From Callorhinchus milii (lineage: Eukaryota): DNA of 64,000 bases. The stretch lies in NCBI RefSeq assembly GCF_018977255.1, contig NW_024704742.1, positions 114,082,001 through 114,146,000 of the forward strand. Direction: 5' to 3'. Position numbers and translations under genes: made by a program. The notes under the pieces are model-generated. The model ran no database searches. It saw only the letters and a program-made list of their open reading frames with translations, and was not told the origin of the DNA. Positions 12,401-25,140 of this stretch are shown here, one piece after another. Within the stretch, counting starts at the first letter, position 1; each line of letters starts with the position of its first letter.

Positions 12401-13667
12401 CAGTTCCCACCCCCCTAAAAACAGCCATCATTACTCCCATCCTGAAAAAACCTTCCCTGGACCTATCTCTCCTCTCCAGCTACTCCAGCTACCGCCCCAT
12501 CTCTAACCTCCTATTCCTCTCCAAGGTCCTGAAATAAGTCGTCGCGTCCCAGGTCCGCTCCTTTCTTTCTCACTATTCCCTCTTTAAACCCTTCTAATCC
12601 GGCTTCCGCGCTGCCCACAGCACGGAACCAGCCCTGGTCAAAGTCACTAATGACATTCTGAACATCTGTGATCGGAGCTCACTCTGCCTTCTTGTCCTCC
12701 TTGACCTCTCTGCCGCCTTCGACATTGTTGACCACTCCATCCTCAACCTTCACGGACCTGCCCTTGCCTGGTTCAATTCCTATCTCTCTCACCGTCTCCA
12801 CTTTGTTGCCTCCAACGGTTTCCCCTCCAGCCCCTGCACTGTCACATCTGGTGTTCCCCAGGGCTCTGTCCTGGGCCCTCTCCTCTTTAATATCTACATG
12901 CTCCCCCTTGGTGACATCATCCACAGACATGGGATCAACTTCCACATGTATGCGGATGACACCCAACTCTATCTTTCTGCCTCCACCCTCAACTCCAGGA
13001 TCACTGCTGTCCTGACAGACTGTCTGTCGGACATCAAGTCCTGGATGAGGGCAAACTTCCTACAGTTGAAAGTGAAGAAGACTGAGGCCCTCCTGATTGG
13101 CTCGCACCAGCGCCTCTGCACCTCAGGCTCTGGCAACATCAACCTCCATGGTTGCACACTTCAACTCACCAAGCCCGTCAGGAACCTAGGTGTCTTGTTC
13201 GACCCTCAACTGTCCTTTATTCCCACATCCAAGCCATGACCTGCTCTGCCTTCCCTCACCTCCGTAACATCGCCCGATTCCACCACTACCTCACCCCTCA
13301 GGCCACTGAAGCTCTTATTCATGCCTTCATCACCTCCAGGCTCGACTATGCAAATGCCCTGCTTGTCGGCCTTCCCAACTACTCCCGCCACAGACTGCAG
13401 ATAATCCAGAATTCTGCAGTCCGTATCATCTGTTGCATCAAACTCCGTGACCCCATCTCCCCCATTCTCGCCCAACTCCATTGGCTCCCTATCCTTCAGA
13501 GGATCCAGTTCAAGATCCTGGTCCTCACCTACACAGCCTCGACCCACCCTACCTCTGTGACTTCCTAACCCCCTACCAACCCGCTCGCTCCCTCCACTCA
13601 GCCGGCTCTGGTCTGCTCCACGTCCCCTGACCCACCCACCCCACCATTGGCGGGAGAGCCTTCAGCC
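12401..13667 (+). mobile_element. L2 LINE, truncated at both ends, same subfamily as 6595-7908
   Basis: ORFs 12898..13239 ([10 protein letters not shown]) and 13152..13568. Nucleotide sequence nearly identical to 6595-7665 where they overlap. Contains stops and indels. Confidence 0.95.
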
Positions 13668-13884
13668 TGGCCAGAACTGGTGAGATGTGGATACGGAGTT
13701 CAGTTCGGTATGCATTAAATTCTAATTCTAATAATTTTGATGTGAAACTATTTCATCTGAACGTCTCCTGGGCCTAATATGGATTCTATTTTGGAAGAAC
13801 AAGATCAAATAACATGCAAACACCAGGAAAAAACAACTGCAGTGTTCACCTAGAAAATTATGGTGTTCAATTACAAATAGAAAA

Positions 13885-14270
13885 TAATAATACCTACTTA
13901 CACTTGATACAATTCCTTTCCTGTCAATGAGGACATCTCATGACACTGTAAAGTATAGTGACTTTGTATTTAGCAGCAAACATGGTTGGCAATATACACA
14001 TAGCAATGGCCCACGAACAGCCATGAAATGAATAACCAATTTTATTTGGGGGATTGTTACCCAGGACACCTTTTTAAATAATGCCATGGGATTTTCAACG
14101 TCCACCTGAAAAGACGTCAGGGATCTTGGTTATCATCTCATCTGAAGGACAATACCTCCAAAGCAGCACAACCCCAGCACTGTATTAACTATAGGAATTC
14201 TGAGTCTCGAGATAGGACATAAACCCATAACCTCCTGACTCAGAGTCAATAGTGCTACCAAGCCAGGCTG
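13885..14270 (-). mobile_element. Old Deu-domain SINE
   Basis: Collinear with 59087-59502, including the tRNA-like head (CTGACTCAGAG..GTGCTACCAAGCCAGGCTG). Confidence 0.7.
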
Positions 14271-15069
14271 GCAATCTTGCTTCATAAGATTTATGAATAT
14301 ATCAAGACTGCTACTCACATTTTAGAGAGAGGAGAGCTAATTGGAAAAACAGCATTCAGTAAAAATTATGTCGCAGTTCATACTTCCACATGATTTTTCT
14401 TTGTTGTAATTTGATAGATTCACAAATGCTCTCAGAGCAACATTTTTCCCTTCCATCAAGGCTGAGTGATGCATAATCACCACTGTCTCTACCGTGCACA
14501 ATGCTTTCACAGAAGACATATTTGATGCCAGAAATGTACTCCTTGCCCTGAATGCCTTATATTCATACCTGTCAGATAATGAAACACTGAAATTGACTTT
14601 GCTATTTTCAGTAAGGCTAATCCATATCATATTGAAAATAACCTTGTAAATTATATTCTCAACATCTATTTTTATTTCAGAACAATAAAAAGGGTTTTTT
14701 TCAGAAATCAGAATCACTACCACAAGCTAAAGTATGGTTCTAGCCTTCAATTGCCTGGGATTTTTCAGAGTTTTAAGTCTTCACAATTATTCTGTATTGT
14801 GTGTCACTCTTGTCTCTTGGCTATTGAACTCTTACTTGCCTTCAATTCCCATTTGACATGTGATGCAGAGAAGCACCTTTGCCAAAATGGAATTCAGGTT
14901 TATTATACCCACCTTATCCAAATCAGTGCTTGAGGATCAATCTTCTCGCTAATGAGATGTCATAGCAGATATCTTCACTACTTCTGTAAGATGATTTTAT
15001 CTCAAGGTTTGCAGAATTATGGAAAAATTCCTAAATTCAGTCATTCATTCGAAGTTAGTTTATGCTTCC

Positions 15070-15975
15070 TTTTTGATAAAGTTCCTCATCATATTGAAAC
15101 ATGTCAGAACACTCCACAGAGTTTTCTGTAAATTGTAATGACTGTATTGGTAGGGAAGTGCAGCAGTCGATTAGCACACAGCAATATTGCACAAGCAGCT
15201 AAGAAGTGAATGACCTTTTTTTTGTCTGGAAGATTGTTGGCCAGGATACCTTTTTTCCCTTTTCAAATAGTGCCATAGAATGTTTAACGTCCACCTGAAC
15301 AGGCAGACAGGACCTTGGTTTAGCATCTCATCAGAATAGCAGCACCTCTGACAATGAGGCGGTCACCCAGCATTGCCCTGGAATGTTAGCCTAGACCAGG
15401 GTGGTCCAACAGGTGGCACATGGCCCACCAGTGGCCCACAGGTGATATTATATGGCCCACGACCATTTCCACCATTCAAATTTCCACTCCCTCCCTCCCT
15501 GATGAATGTTCCTCCCTGTCTCGCACCTCCCTCTTGCCTCCCTCCCTCTCGCCCCCCTCTTACTCGCCCCACTCTTTCTCTTCCCACTCTTTCTCTCCCC
15601 CTCTCACTTTCCCCACCCTCTTTCTTCCTCCCTTTCACTCCCACCCACCCCCATCCCAATCTCTCTCCCAAGCGCGGCTCATTATCTGTTTGCCTTCCTG
15701 ACAGACTGTGGTAAAGGCTCTCCACACTGAGTCCTCCCAACCTCTGGCTCCTGCCGCTGCCCTGGGAGGGCATTCACCAGGGAGGAGCGAGCGGGTTGGA
15801 ATGTTGGAAATGGTCTGGGACTGGATGCGGTCCGCGGACCTTTCTCAAATAGGGAATGAGGCCCGCAGCAGCCAACAGGTTGGACCACCCTGATCATGAG
15901 CTCAAAGTCCCAATGTTGAGCTTGAACCAATAACCTTCTGAGGTTGGGAGTACTGTTAGCTTAGCCAAGCTGGTA
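15070..15975 (-). mobile_element. Old Deu-domain SINE split by a MITE at 15397-15892
   Basis: SINE sequence stops at GTTAGCCTAGA and resumes at ATCATGAGCTCAAAGTCC. Confidence 0.7.
15397..15892. mobile_element. Non-autonomous hAT (Charlie-like) MITE
   Basis: Perfect 14-bp terminal inverted repeats CAGGGTGGTCCAAC (15397-15410) and GTTGGACCACCCTG (15879-15892). Subterminal GGCCCAC/GGCCCGC motifs, CT-rich interior, and CTAG at the target site. Confidence 0.8.
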
Positions 15976-17678
15976 CCTACCATTGTCTTACAAAGACTTA
16001 CTTCCAAATTTAAGAATTTTTCAACATTTTGCACTACCTTAAATTTGAAGACAAAATGGTCTTACAGGCAAGCCCAAGTGGAATTTCAGGCATCAAGTTT
16101 GACATTAACATGTTTGCAACCATATGTTGCACACCCGTTTAACCCAAACAATGCCTCCATTGGGCATAATGAACAGAACAAAATAAACCTCACCAATCAG
16201 GTCGTATAATGTCACCCGCGGCCCAGCGGGTGACATTATATAACCCACGACCATTTCCATCATTCAAATAAAAAAAGGGGAATAGGGAAGAAATTAGTTG
16301 TTGTCTGAGTGTGGGAACAAAAAACTGAAAAGCTATGATTCATAAAGGACTTTTTCCTATGTCAAGCGTGCCTAAGCCAAATACAAATAAATAGAGCTCA
16401 TTGGATGAATTCAGATCCAACTTTAAATGATAGATCTTCAAACAATTTTCCAAAGTGGATTCTAGTTTCCTCATGTTGCACTGATCATTGCCAGATAAAT
16501 GAGCTGTATTCCAAAATCTGGTACTCAAGAGACCAGTAATATTGGAATCTTATGACTGAAAACATGTTTACAAATATTCTGTTCATCAGACCAATCTTTT
16601 TATGATCTTATCAAAAATGTTTCAACTTTTGAAATACCCATATTGAGTTATGAGATCTATGTTCTCTAAAATTTCATAATTAAATAATTTGGAGCATAAA
16701 CCCCCTACCAATGGTTATTACCAGCTAAATATTGATGCAATATTTTTCACTATAGCACTTTATAAAGCAATAACAGCTGCTGCCATTCATTTGTTTGGTA
16801 CAGTATGTTTTTGAGTACACAGATTGTAATTCATATTACCCATATTTAATGCATTCCAGTGAACCTAGAACAACACTTTGAAATACACAGTACTAAGGTA
16901 GCAGGAGAAGAGGTCAAGGCTGTAACGGGTAAGTTTAAGACAGACACAAGGAAATATTTTTTATAGAACAACTCTGTCATCAAATCAAATGTCACAATCA
17001 TTTCTCTCCAACCCTTTCATTATCTTAAATACTTCTGTCATATCATGCATCAATTTTCTCTGTTCCAATGGAAAGAGTACTAACCTCGCTCGCCATAGTA
17101 CTAATACCTTTTCTTCCATGTGATACCCAATACTGCACAAAAATTCGAGCTGCAGCTTAATCAATATCTTATGATGGAGATTCATGTAAAACAGGTTGCT
17201 CATCGTTACTATTCTTTTCCCCTTTGCAACAGATTGCATCTTGTTGGATGTTGCTTGCCCAAAAAAACATTGTTAAATATTCTGGTAATCACACCCTCTC
17301 CATTACAAAGCACTGCTAATACTTATCCAGCTAGAAATCCCATTAAGGAATTGGCTTGAGAAAACATCTACATGTCCATATCCATCAACAAAGGTTTACA
17401 TTACTCCAGACTTTCTCATTGGAGCCAGTTGATCCCCAGCAAGATTCCACTTAGTCCTAAAGAGAATAGGCATCATCCTCATTTTGTTGACATGTAAAGG
17501 ATAAAAGACTAAGTGGAACCCAAAACCTTCAGGCTCCTAATCCAGCACTTGATTGACTAAGCTACCCAGAATGATAACATTTCATTAAAAGTGTCAAATT
17601 CCATATCAATAATGGATTACTTAACCCTTACACACAAAAATACTGAAGCAATGTAAAAATGATGAGTGCACAGCCACT

Positions 17679-20088
17679 ACAACAACAACAAAAACAAGAT
17701 TTCATTTATAGAGCGCCTTTCACGTCGGGAGGACGTCCCAAGGCGCTGTACAGTTGGGTCAGGACCCGAGCAGGAGGGAAATGGTCAGGGTGAGGGGATG
17801 GAAGGGAGGGAGCGAGGAGGGGGTAGCGAGTCGAGAGGGGAGCTGAAGGCACGGTCAAAAAGAAAGGTCTTGAGACCGGCCTTGAAGGAGGAAAGGGAGG
17901 AGGCGGCGAAGGCACTGGGGGATAGAGTTCCAGAGCCTCGGGGCTGAGAGGCTGAAGACCCGGCCACCGATGGTAGGGCGGTTGGGGCGGGGGATGTGGA
18001 GCAGACCGGAGCCAGAGGAACGGAGGGTACGGGCAGGTAGGTAGTGGGATGGTAGGTCAGAGAGGTAGGAGGGAGTAGGCCGTGAATGGCCTTGTGGGTG
18101 AGGATGAGGATCTTGAATTCGATCCTCTGGGGGATGGGGAGCCAGTGGAGGCGAGCGAGGGTGGGAGTGATGTGGTCGCGAAGCCTGGTGTGGGACAGTA
18201 CACGAGCTGCAGAGTTCTGAATGACCTGCAGCTTGTGGAGGGAGGTGCCGGGAAGGCCGGCGAGGAGAGAGTTCCCATAGTCCAGCCTTGAGGTGATAAA
18301 GGCGTGGACCAGAGTTTCAGCAGCGTGAGGGGTGAGGTAGTGCCGTAGTCTGGCGATATTCCGGAGTTGATGGAAGGCGGTGCCAGTTGTAGCGCGTATA
18401 TTAGGGAGAAAGGACAGCTCAGGGTCGAACAGAACACCGAGGTTCCTGACTGGCTTTGAGAGGTGGAGAGTGCAGCCTTGGATGCTGATGCTGTCAGCGC
18501 CTGAGGTGCGGAGGCGCTGACGTGAGCCAATCAGGAGGGCCTCAGTTTTACGCACGTTGAGCTGAAGAAAGTTGTCTCTCGTCCAGGACTCGATGTCGGA
18601 CAGGCAGGCTGTCAGGACATCGGGGGTCGTGGAGTTGAGGGTAGAGGAGGAAAGGTAGAGTTGGGTGTCATCCGCATACATGTGGAAGTTAACCCCATGT
18701 CTGCGGATGATGTCACCAAGGGGGAGCATATAGAGGGTGAAGAGGAGGGGACCGAGGACAGAGCCCTGAGCGACACGGCACGAGACAGTGCGGGGGCTGG
18801 AAGAAAAGCCGTTAGTGGAAACAAAGTGAAGACAGTGGGAGAGGTACGATCTAAACCACTCAAGGACAGGGCCTTGAAGGTTGAAGTGGGAGGACAAGCG
18901 GTGGAGGAGGATAGCGTGGTCGACCGTATCGAATGCTGCCGATAGGTCGAGGAGGACGAGGAGGCAGAGGGAGCCCTGGTCACAGATGGTCAGGATGTCA
19001 TTGGTGACCTTGACCAGGGCAGTTTCTGTGCTATGGGCAGCACGGAAACCCGACTGAAGGGGTTCGAATAATGAATGGGTGGAGAGGAAAGAGCGCAGCT
19101 GGGAGGCGACAACTCGTTCAAGGACCTTGGACAGGAAGGGGAGGTTGGAGATGGGCCGGTAGCTTGATAGCTGCGACGCATCAAGGGAGGGTTTTTTCAA
19201 GGTGGGAGTGATGGTGGCAGTTTTTAAGGGAATGGGAACAGAGCCAGAGGAGAGGGACAGGTTGACGATGTCTGTGATATGTGGGGCAAGGAGGTGGAGC
19301 TGGGAGATAAGGAGTGGAGTGGGGATGGGGTCAAGGGAGCAGGTGGTGGTTTCAGGGATAGGATGAGTTTGGTGACAGAGGGTGGGGAAACGGGTACGAA
19401 AGTGTGTAGGGGAGGATGGGTAGGAGTCGAAGTGTGGGAGGGAGGGGGTGGGGGTGGATGTTGGAGGGGAAGTGACCGCGGAGCGAATTCCCTTGATTTT
19501 GGATTCAAGGAAATCCAGCATCTCCTCGCAGTGAAGGTTGGAGGAGATGACCTGCGCGGTGTGGCGGGGGAGATGGAGGAGTAGAAAACAGTAGCCTGGG
19601 GTTGTTCTTCGCCTCCAGGATTAGCCTGGAGTAGAAGGACGACTTGGCCGAGGCTAGAGTGGAACGGTAGATTTTGAGGAGGTCCAGCCAGATTTGTCGG
19701 TGGACCGTTAGGCCAGATTTGACGCAGGTGCGTTCAGCGGCCCGCACCTGGCTCTTCAGTGAGCGGAGGTGGGTTGTGAACCAGGGGGAGGAGCGAGAGT
19801 AGGAGACAGTACGGGAGTTGATGGGGGCAAGAGTATCGAGTGTGGAGGAGAGGGTGTTGTGGAGGAGGGTGAGAGGAGAAGAGGGGTCAGTGAGGGTTGA
19901 AGGCCAGAGGGAGAGGAGTTCAGAGGACTCCAAGGCAGCGGTTAGGGATTGTGGGGTTAACTTCTTCCAGGGACGGTAGAAGATGGTGGTGGGTCTGGTG
20001 GAGGTGGGGAGGGGGGTGGAGGTGGTGAAGGAGATGAAGTGTTGGTCGGAGACGGCCTTGTCAGTGATAGTGACATCCGAGACACTGA
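17679..20088 (-). mobile_element. L2 LINE, longest copy (about 2.4 kb), from the end of the endonuclease domain to the 3' tail
   Basis: AVSDQHFISF near 20050 resembles the APE SDH motif. ORFs 19505..19933 and 17785..19521, 3' stem-loop and (AAC)n tail. Confidence 0.97.
17785..19521 (-). pseudogene. L2 ORF2 reverse-transcriptase domain (578-aa open segment)
   Basis: [60 protein letters not shown]. Frameshifts near 19585 and 18075, and the element is 5'-truncated. Confidence 0.92.
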
Positions 20089-22440
20089 GAAATATCAGAG
20101 ATGAAGGTGGGAGAGGTTTTAGGGGGCCGGAACTTAAGGTTCACTAATTTAGAACCTTAAGTTTTCTTTTTTTTTTCCATATCTCTTTTCATTCTGCACT
20201 AGTTCTCCTTAAAATGCTGAATGATTCTAGGGCACGGTTCTACCGAACCTTCCACCTTACTCAAGCAGTCTGTCATGCGTTTGACTAGTCAGTAGCAAAG
20301 GATAATTGGCACAACCAAAGGAGCAATTACCAACCAGTAGATGAATGCCTCTAAGTTCCTCTTCCCTATCTTTAGTTCTCACAGGTTTATAAATACTGCA
20401 CCTAGTTTCATAGAAAAAAAATGCCGAGTCAAAATAGATCAGCAAGTACTGTTCCTCACTTTGGAATAGATACATAAATTGGGAATTTTTCCAAAATGAA
20501 GCCAGCAATGTAATCGACACTGGGACTGCCTATAGTAGGAACACTGTAATTGTGTTTAGGATACAGAGTCAATATAAGGGCTGGACTGAACATATTCAAA
20601 TAGGTTTTAAGTTTAACATCACTTCAGTGACAATAATAATAATTCTTGCATTTGCCACAATACCTTCCACTTCAGGAGGGTTTGTGTCAAACTGCTTTGC
20701 TGGATTTTCTGTAGTGTAATGTAGGTGATAAATCAGATGTAGGAGATTCAGCTTCCTCTTTAGCCTTATGTGACTCAAACACAGAAGAGGGAAGATGAAC
20801 GGAAGGTTCAGATTTACTTCCATTATAACAACAACTTGCATTTATATAGCGCCCTTCACGTGGGGTAGTGTCTGGAAGCATGATAAAGCGAATGGGGACA
20901 TGTGACTCAATTATCCGGGAGAACGACAAAACCTTACCGTTAGCAAATTCAAGAGGAAATTGGACAGATATTTTGGCAAATTGAGTGGTATGAGCTTTGT
21001 AGGATTATTTATTTAGTATTTTACAAAATTGTGATTCACTAGAAGGTTCTAAATGTTCCTACATTTTGATGATTCTACAGAAAGCTTTGTGAATTGTGCT
21101 GGCTATTGCACAACCATTTTCATGTTGCAAATCTCCCAGCACATTTATCCCTTCAGGGAACAAATTTGAAACTCTCAAAATTAATATCGTTACTCCTGGC
21201 TGTCCAAATCGCTCGATTGTTTGAAATCCTTTAGAAGCTTGGGTCACATGAATCACAGCAGTTTGCATATCCCCAGTCTAAAGTTTAAAGTCACATTTGA
21301 ATAATGTTAAGAAACATTAACTATTCCCAGATCTTTGTCAGATGTTTCCTGTATTTTGCACATGCAGTATTAGTTTCTGCATATCCCCTGTATTTCACTG
21401 ATGGTTTTCCTTCACACACATGCAAATACAAATTTACAATTACAATATCAGTCAGAGTAAGTTAACATGGCTTATTTACATGAACTTGATTTTGAAAATT
21501 AATTTCAATTACATTTGAAATTATGACTCAGTTAAAGTATTTCAGATTTGGTTTGCTTTCCTTTTTCGCTTTCCATTTTCTTTTTTGTTCTTTCTGTTTC
21601 CCAATCCCACCACGTCAAACTCAAACCAGGCACATCTGGTCACTCGCTTCCATTTGCAGTTACACACGAAATTTGTGTACAGGGAATAAACATTTGCCCT
21701 ATGTAATGACCTGGATAATTTTAAAAAAATAAGAATTTGCGTGAGATTGCACAGTCCTATGTAGTAAATGCTAAGCTTCCAAGAAAGAAAGATTTTCAAA
21801 ATTACCACAGTAATTCAAACTTGACTTTTGAAAATAGATATCAAGTACTACCCTCGTTAATCTCTGGAAATGGATTTATTTTCCCCCAATCACCTATGTA
21901 ACAATATCAGAGAATTAAGTGTTGACAAGGTTGTTAAGCAGAAAAGCCCAAATCGTGCCGTTCACAATGAGCCAATTACAAAGTCATTACTTGCCGTAAT
22001 CCAAGCAACGGAAGTTATATGCACAACCCCGACTTCACACTGTGTTGACACTGAGAAAAGTATTTTCTCGGAGGGGGGGGTGCTGCATCTGGCACGTCAG
22101 GAAACAATGGTAATCGATACGTTACACACGTCTAAACATAAACCACATGTTGGACTCCATTGTCTTAGAATATAAAATTTCATCCACAAAACATACAGTC
22201 AATTCACTTTACAATATATTTTGAGGTGTTTAGAAATCCTGATAAGGCACTATATCAAATGCAAGGATTATTATTACAGTATTAAAATAAAACTGTTTTC
22301 TTGTTGTGAAAATATGTCTTCTTTGTGTATTGACATCATGAAAATTCTTTGAAGTATGTTTTTTTTCCAATAACTTTCGCAGCACAAACTTTTACAGCAT
22401 CTTCAAAAATCACAGGATCATGCAGGATATGTTTTATCAG

Positions 22441-22612
22441 CAACAACAACAACAACAAGATTTCATTTATAGAGCGCCTTTCACGTCGGGAGGACGTCCC
22501 AAGGCGCTGGACAGTTGGGTCGGGACCCGAGCAGGGGGGAAATGGTCAGGGTGAGGGGAGGGAAGGGAGGGAGCGAGGAGGGGGTAGAGAGTCGAGAGGG
22601 GAGCCGAAGGCA
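22441..22612 (-). mobile_element. L2 3' end, same subfamily as 17679-20088
   Basis: Nearly identical to 17680-17850. Confidence 0.9.
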
Positions 22613-22762
22613 AGCTTACACATATTAACCAATCTGTTAAGAACACAACATATAACACTAAAAGTTTATTTTTCTATAATATATTTAATGTAGAGTGGAC
22701 ATCCCAGTACTTGCTGGGCACCTGAGCTGGAAACTGAGTAGGGGGGAAGGGAAAAGGGATCG

Positions 22763-23060
22763 TGGAGTCCTGTAGCTCAGTGGTTAGAGCATTCGTCTTG
22801 CAAGCGAGACACCTGGGTTCCATTCGTGGCAGGGCGAAACCCTGGGCAAGTTTCCTTACTCCACACGCCTGATAATAATCGCTCCAAAACAAAACAATAA
22901 TAAATTGGTCAACTGCTGTGCGCAATTGACTGCCGCGTTTCAACCACAATTATACAGTCAATTAATTCACTTTACAGGATATTCTGTGAATCACTTTGAG
23001 ACGTCTAGAAGACGTGAAAAGCGCTATATCAAATGCAAGGATTATTATTATTATTATTAT
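22763..23060 (+). mobile_element. tRNA-Ala-derived SINE, short form, apparently inside an old L2 fragment
   Basis: A and B boxes, TAGAA-loop hairpin and (TTA)n tail. L2-like minus-strand sequence on both flanks. Confidence 0.9.
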
Positions 23061-24167
23061 CATCATCAAGAGAGGCAGGAGGGGAACGATAACCGAAAGC
23101 GTGGCCAAAAAGGTAGATCTTGAGAGGCATCTCGATGAGCTAGGGAAGGGATGGAGTTCCAGAGAATGGGGAAAGCCAGTTATACAAAGTAACCTAATTC
23201 TTGTTTGTTGGTATCATGAAAATTATTTTTCAATAAGATTCACAGTGCACATTTTATTAGCCACAAATCCACAGCCCTAGTTTCCTTCTCCCACTAGATG
23301 GTTACACTACAGTACAAGTAATGATGCTGGTCAATGAGTTATGTTTACATGTGCAATGCAAAGCGATTAGTCACACTGGAGCTTGAAAAAAAATAGACAC
23401 CGCTACAGTTCCTTTATTTTGCCAAGTTCCTTGTGTCAATTTTCATTTAGCGCTCTTCACAGTGAGGTTTGACAGGACAAAAAAGCAGACCACCTCTTTA
23501 CCTTTCATCTGACAACTGTGCCCATCAGATGTGTATGACAAAACTGTCATACGGTTAAGATCACTGGAGAACACTAACTTCAGAAGAGCCTTCCACTCTT
23601 GCAGGAATGACACAATAATTCACATTCTACACATTCATTTCAAAATTATTTTGAGTTCAAAGTAGTAATTTCAGCACATGAACACTTTTCACACATTTGA
23701 TCTCTTGCCGGTGGGAGAACTTTTGTTGGACTATCTCAAACAGGTATTGGATCATTAAGGGAAACTGGGAAACCTGTACAGCACCTGGAATTGTTTCAAT
23801 GTTCATACATGTTTGTGATGTGATTCAGGAACGCACAAAGGAAGTACAGTACATTTTCTTGTTATATAAAGGCACTTTCCTAAATGAATAAATCCTTGCA
23901 AACCCTTGACTGTCCAGTGTCTTGGGATGCCTAAGGACAATAGATTCTATTCACCCTGCTTTAGTGGCATCATACTTTTTTTTAACAAATATTCAGCATT
24001 TGCACTGCAACATTTTGTTGCTGAGTAGCAGAAATTTTGAACGTTCCAAAAAAGGAACAGATGGTGTAACCAATCTGTAGACCAGCCAATTAGGAAAATC
24101 TCGATAGGTGTTTATACAGAAGTGGGTGAAATACAGAAGTACCTTCACTTGGAGAAGATGATAATGA

Positions 24168-24436
24168 TCAGCGGCTGGAAAATCTAAAATAAAACTATTT
24201 TGATCCAAATAAAATGCCACCACGTTCGGTTGTAACTGCACTGGAGAATCAACACTTTATGGGTGAAATTTGTGACATTTCGTAACAGATTTTATCATCT
24301 GCTTTGAAATGTCATAATATTCAAATCTTATTCTTTACCTCAAACTGAAACAGGGAATGTATAATAGTAATTATAGACACCGAAGCAGATTAAAACAAAG
24401 GATCCTGCAGAGAATTTCTTCATTTCTTCAAGCATT
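24168..24436. repeat. Dispersed repeat, possible non-autonomous hAT-like element, copy 1
   Basis: Aligns along its length with 45925-46270. Confidence 0.65.
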
Positions 24437-24439
24437 CAT

Positions 24440-24805
24440 GGTATCCTGTAGCTCAGTGGTTAGAGCACTCACCTCGCAAGAGAGACACCTCTTCGATTCC
24501 CAGCAGGGTGAAATGTTGGGCAAGTTTCCTTACTCCATATGCTCTGTTTATCTAGCAGTAAGTAGGAACCTGCTTGTTAGCCGTTTAGTGGATTGCATTT
24601 CCAGGGGTAATAACTTCAAAAAAAAATAATAATAAATTGGTCACTTCAATCCACGACTGTTTGTGGGACACTGCTGTGTGCAATTGGCTGCCGCGTATCG
24701 CTTACAAAATATAGTCAATTCACTTTACAGAATATTTTGTGAAGATCTTTGAAACATCTCAATGACATGATAAGGCACTATATCAAATGCAAGAATTATT
24801 ATTAT
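24440..24805 (+). mobile_element. tRNA-Ala-derived SINE, long subfamily
   Basis: CGC anticodon arm and the extra internal segment CTCTGTTTATCTAGCAGTAAGTAGGAACC..GCATTTCCAGGGG. Confidence 0.9.
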
Positions 24806-24989
24806 AATTTAAATGGTAAAAAATATATTTACTCTGCAGCTGAACACCCAGCATGACTAATAGCAATATGATATCAATATCAGGCAAGTGGTCTTGTCAG
24901 AAGAGATAGAAAGTAGTACAACAATCTCACACCGAAACATATTAGAAGAAAAGTGGGCATTGTCTATAAATTTCTTAACAATAATTCTG

Positions 24990-25140
24990 ATAATAATTAC
25001 TATTTTTTTGATGGGATTATTACCCCCAGAAAGCGATCCGCCAATCAACTAACAACCGGGTTCCTACTTACAGCTAGGTAAACAGAGGTGTGTGGAGTAA
25101 GAAAACTTACCTAAGGTTTCGCACCGCCTAGGAAACTAAT
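24990..25140 (-). mobile_element. Long-subfamily SINE, central fragment
   Basis: Reverse complement of the internal segment of 24440-24805. Confidence 0.75.

Noticed and set aside
14337..14723. 128-aa minus-strand ORF with a plausible splice acceptor near 14569
   Set aside because: No recognisable domain and only weak donor sites. ORFs of this length arise by chance.
23291..23305. CTCF-like motif CCACTAGATGG
   Set aside because: The 3' part of the consensus is missing, and a single partial match in 64 kb is expected by chance.
23675..23743. Possible 69-nt plus-strand exon (HMNTFHTFDLLPVGELLLDYLKQ, AG..GT)
   Set aside because: Weak polypyrimidine tract, no recognisable homology and no partner exons. 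Would need RNA-seq or tBLASTn support.
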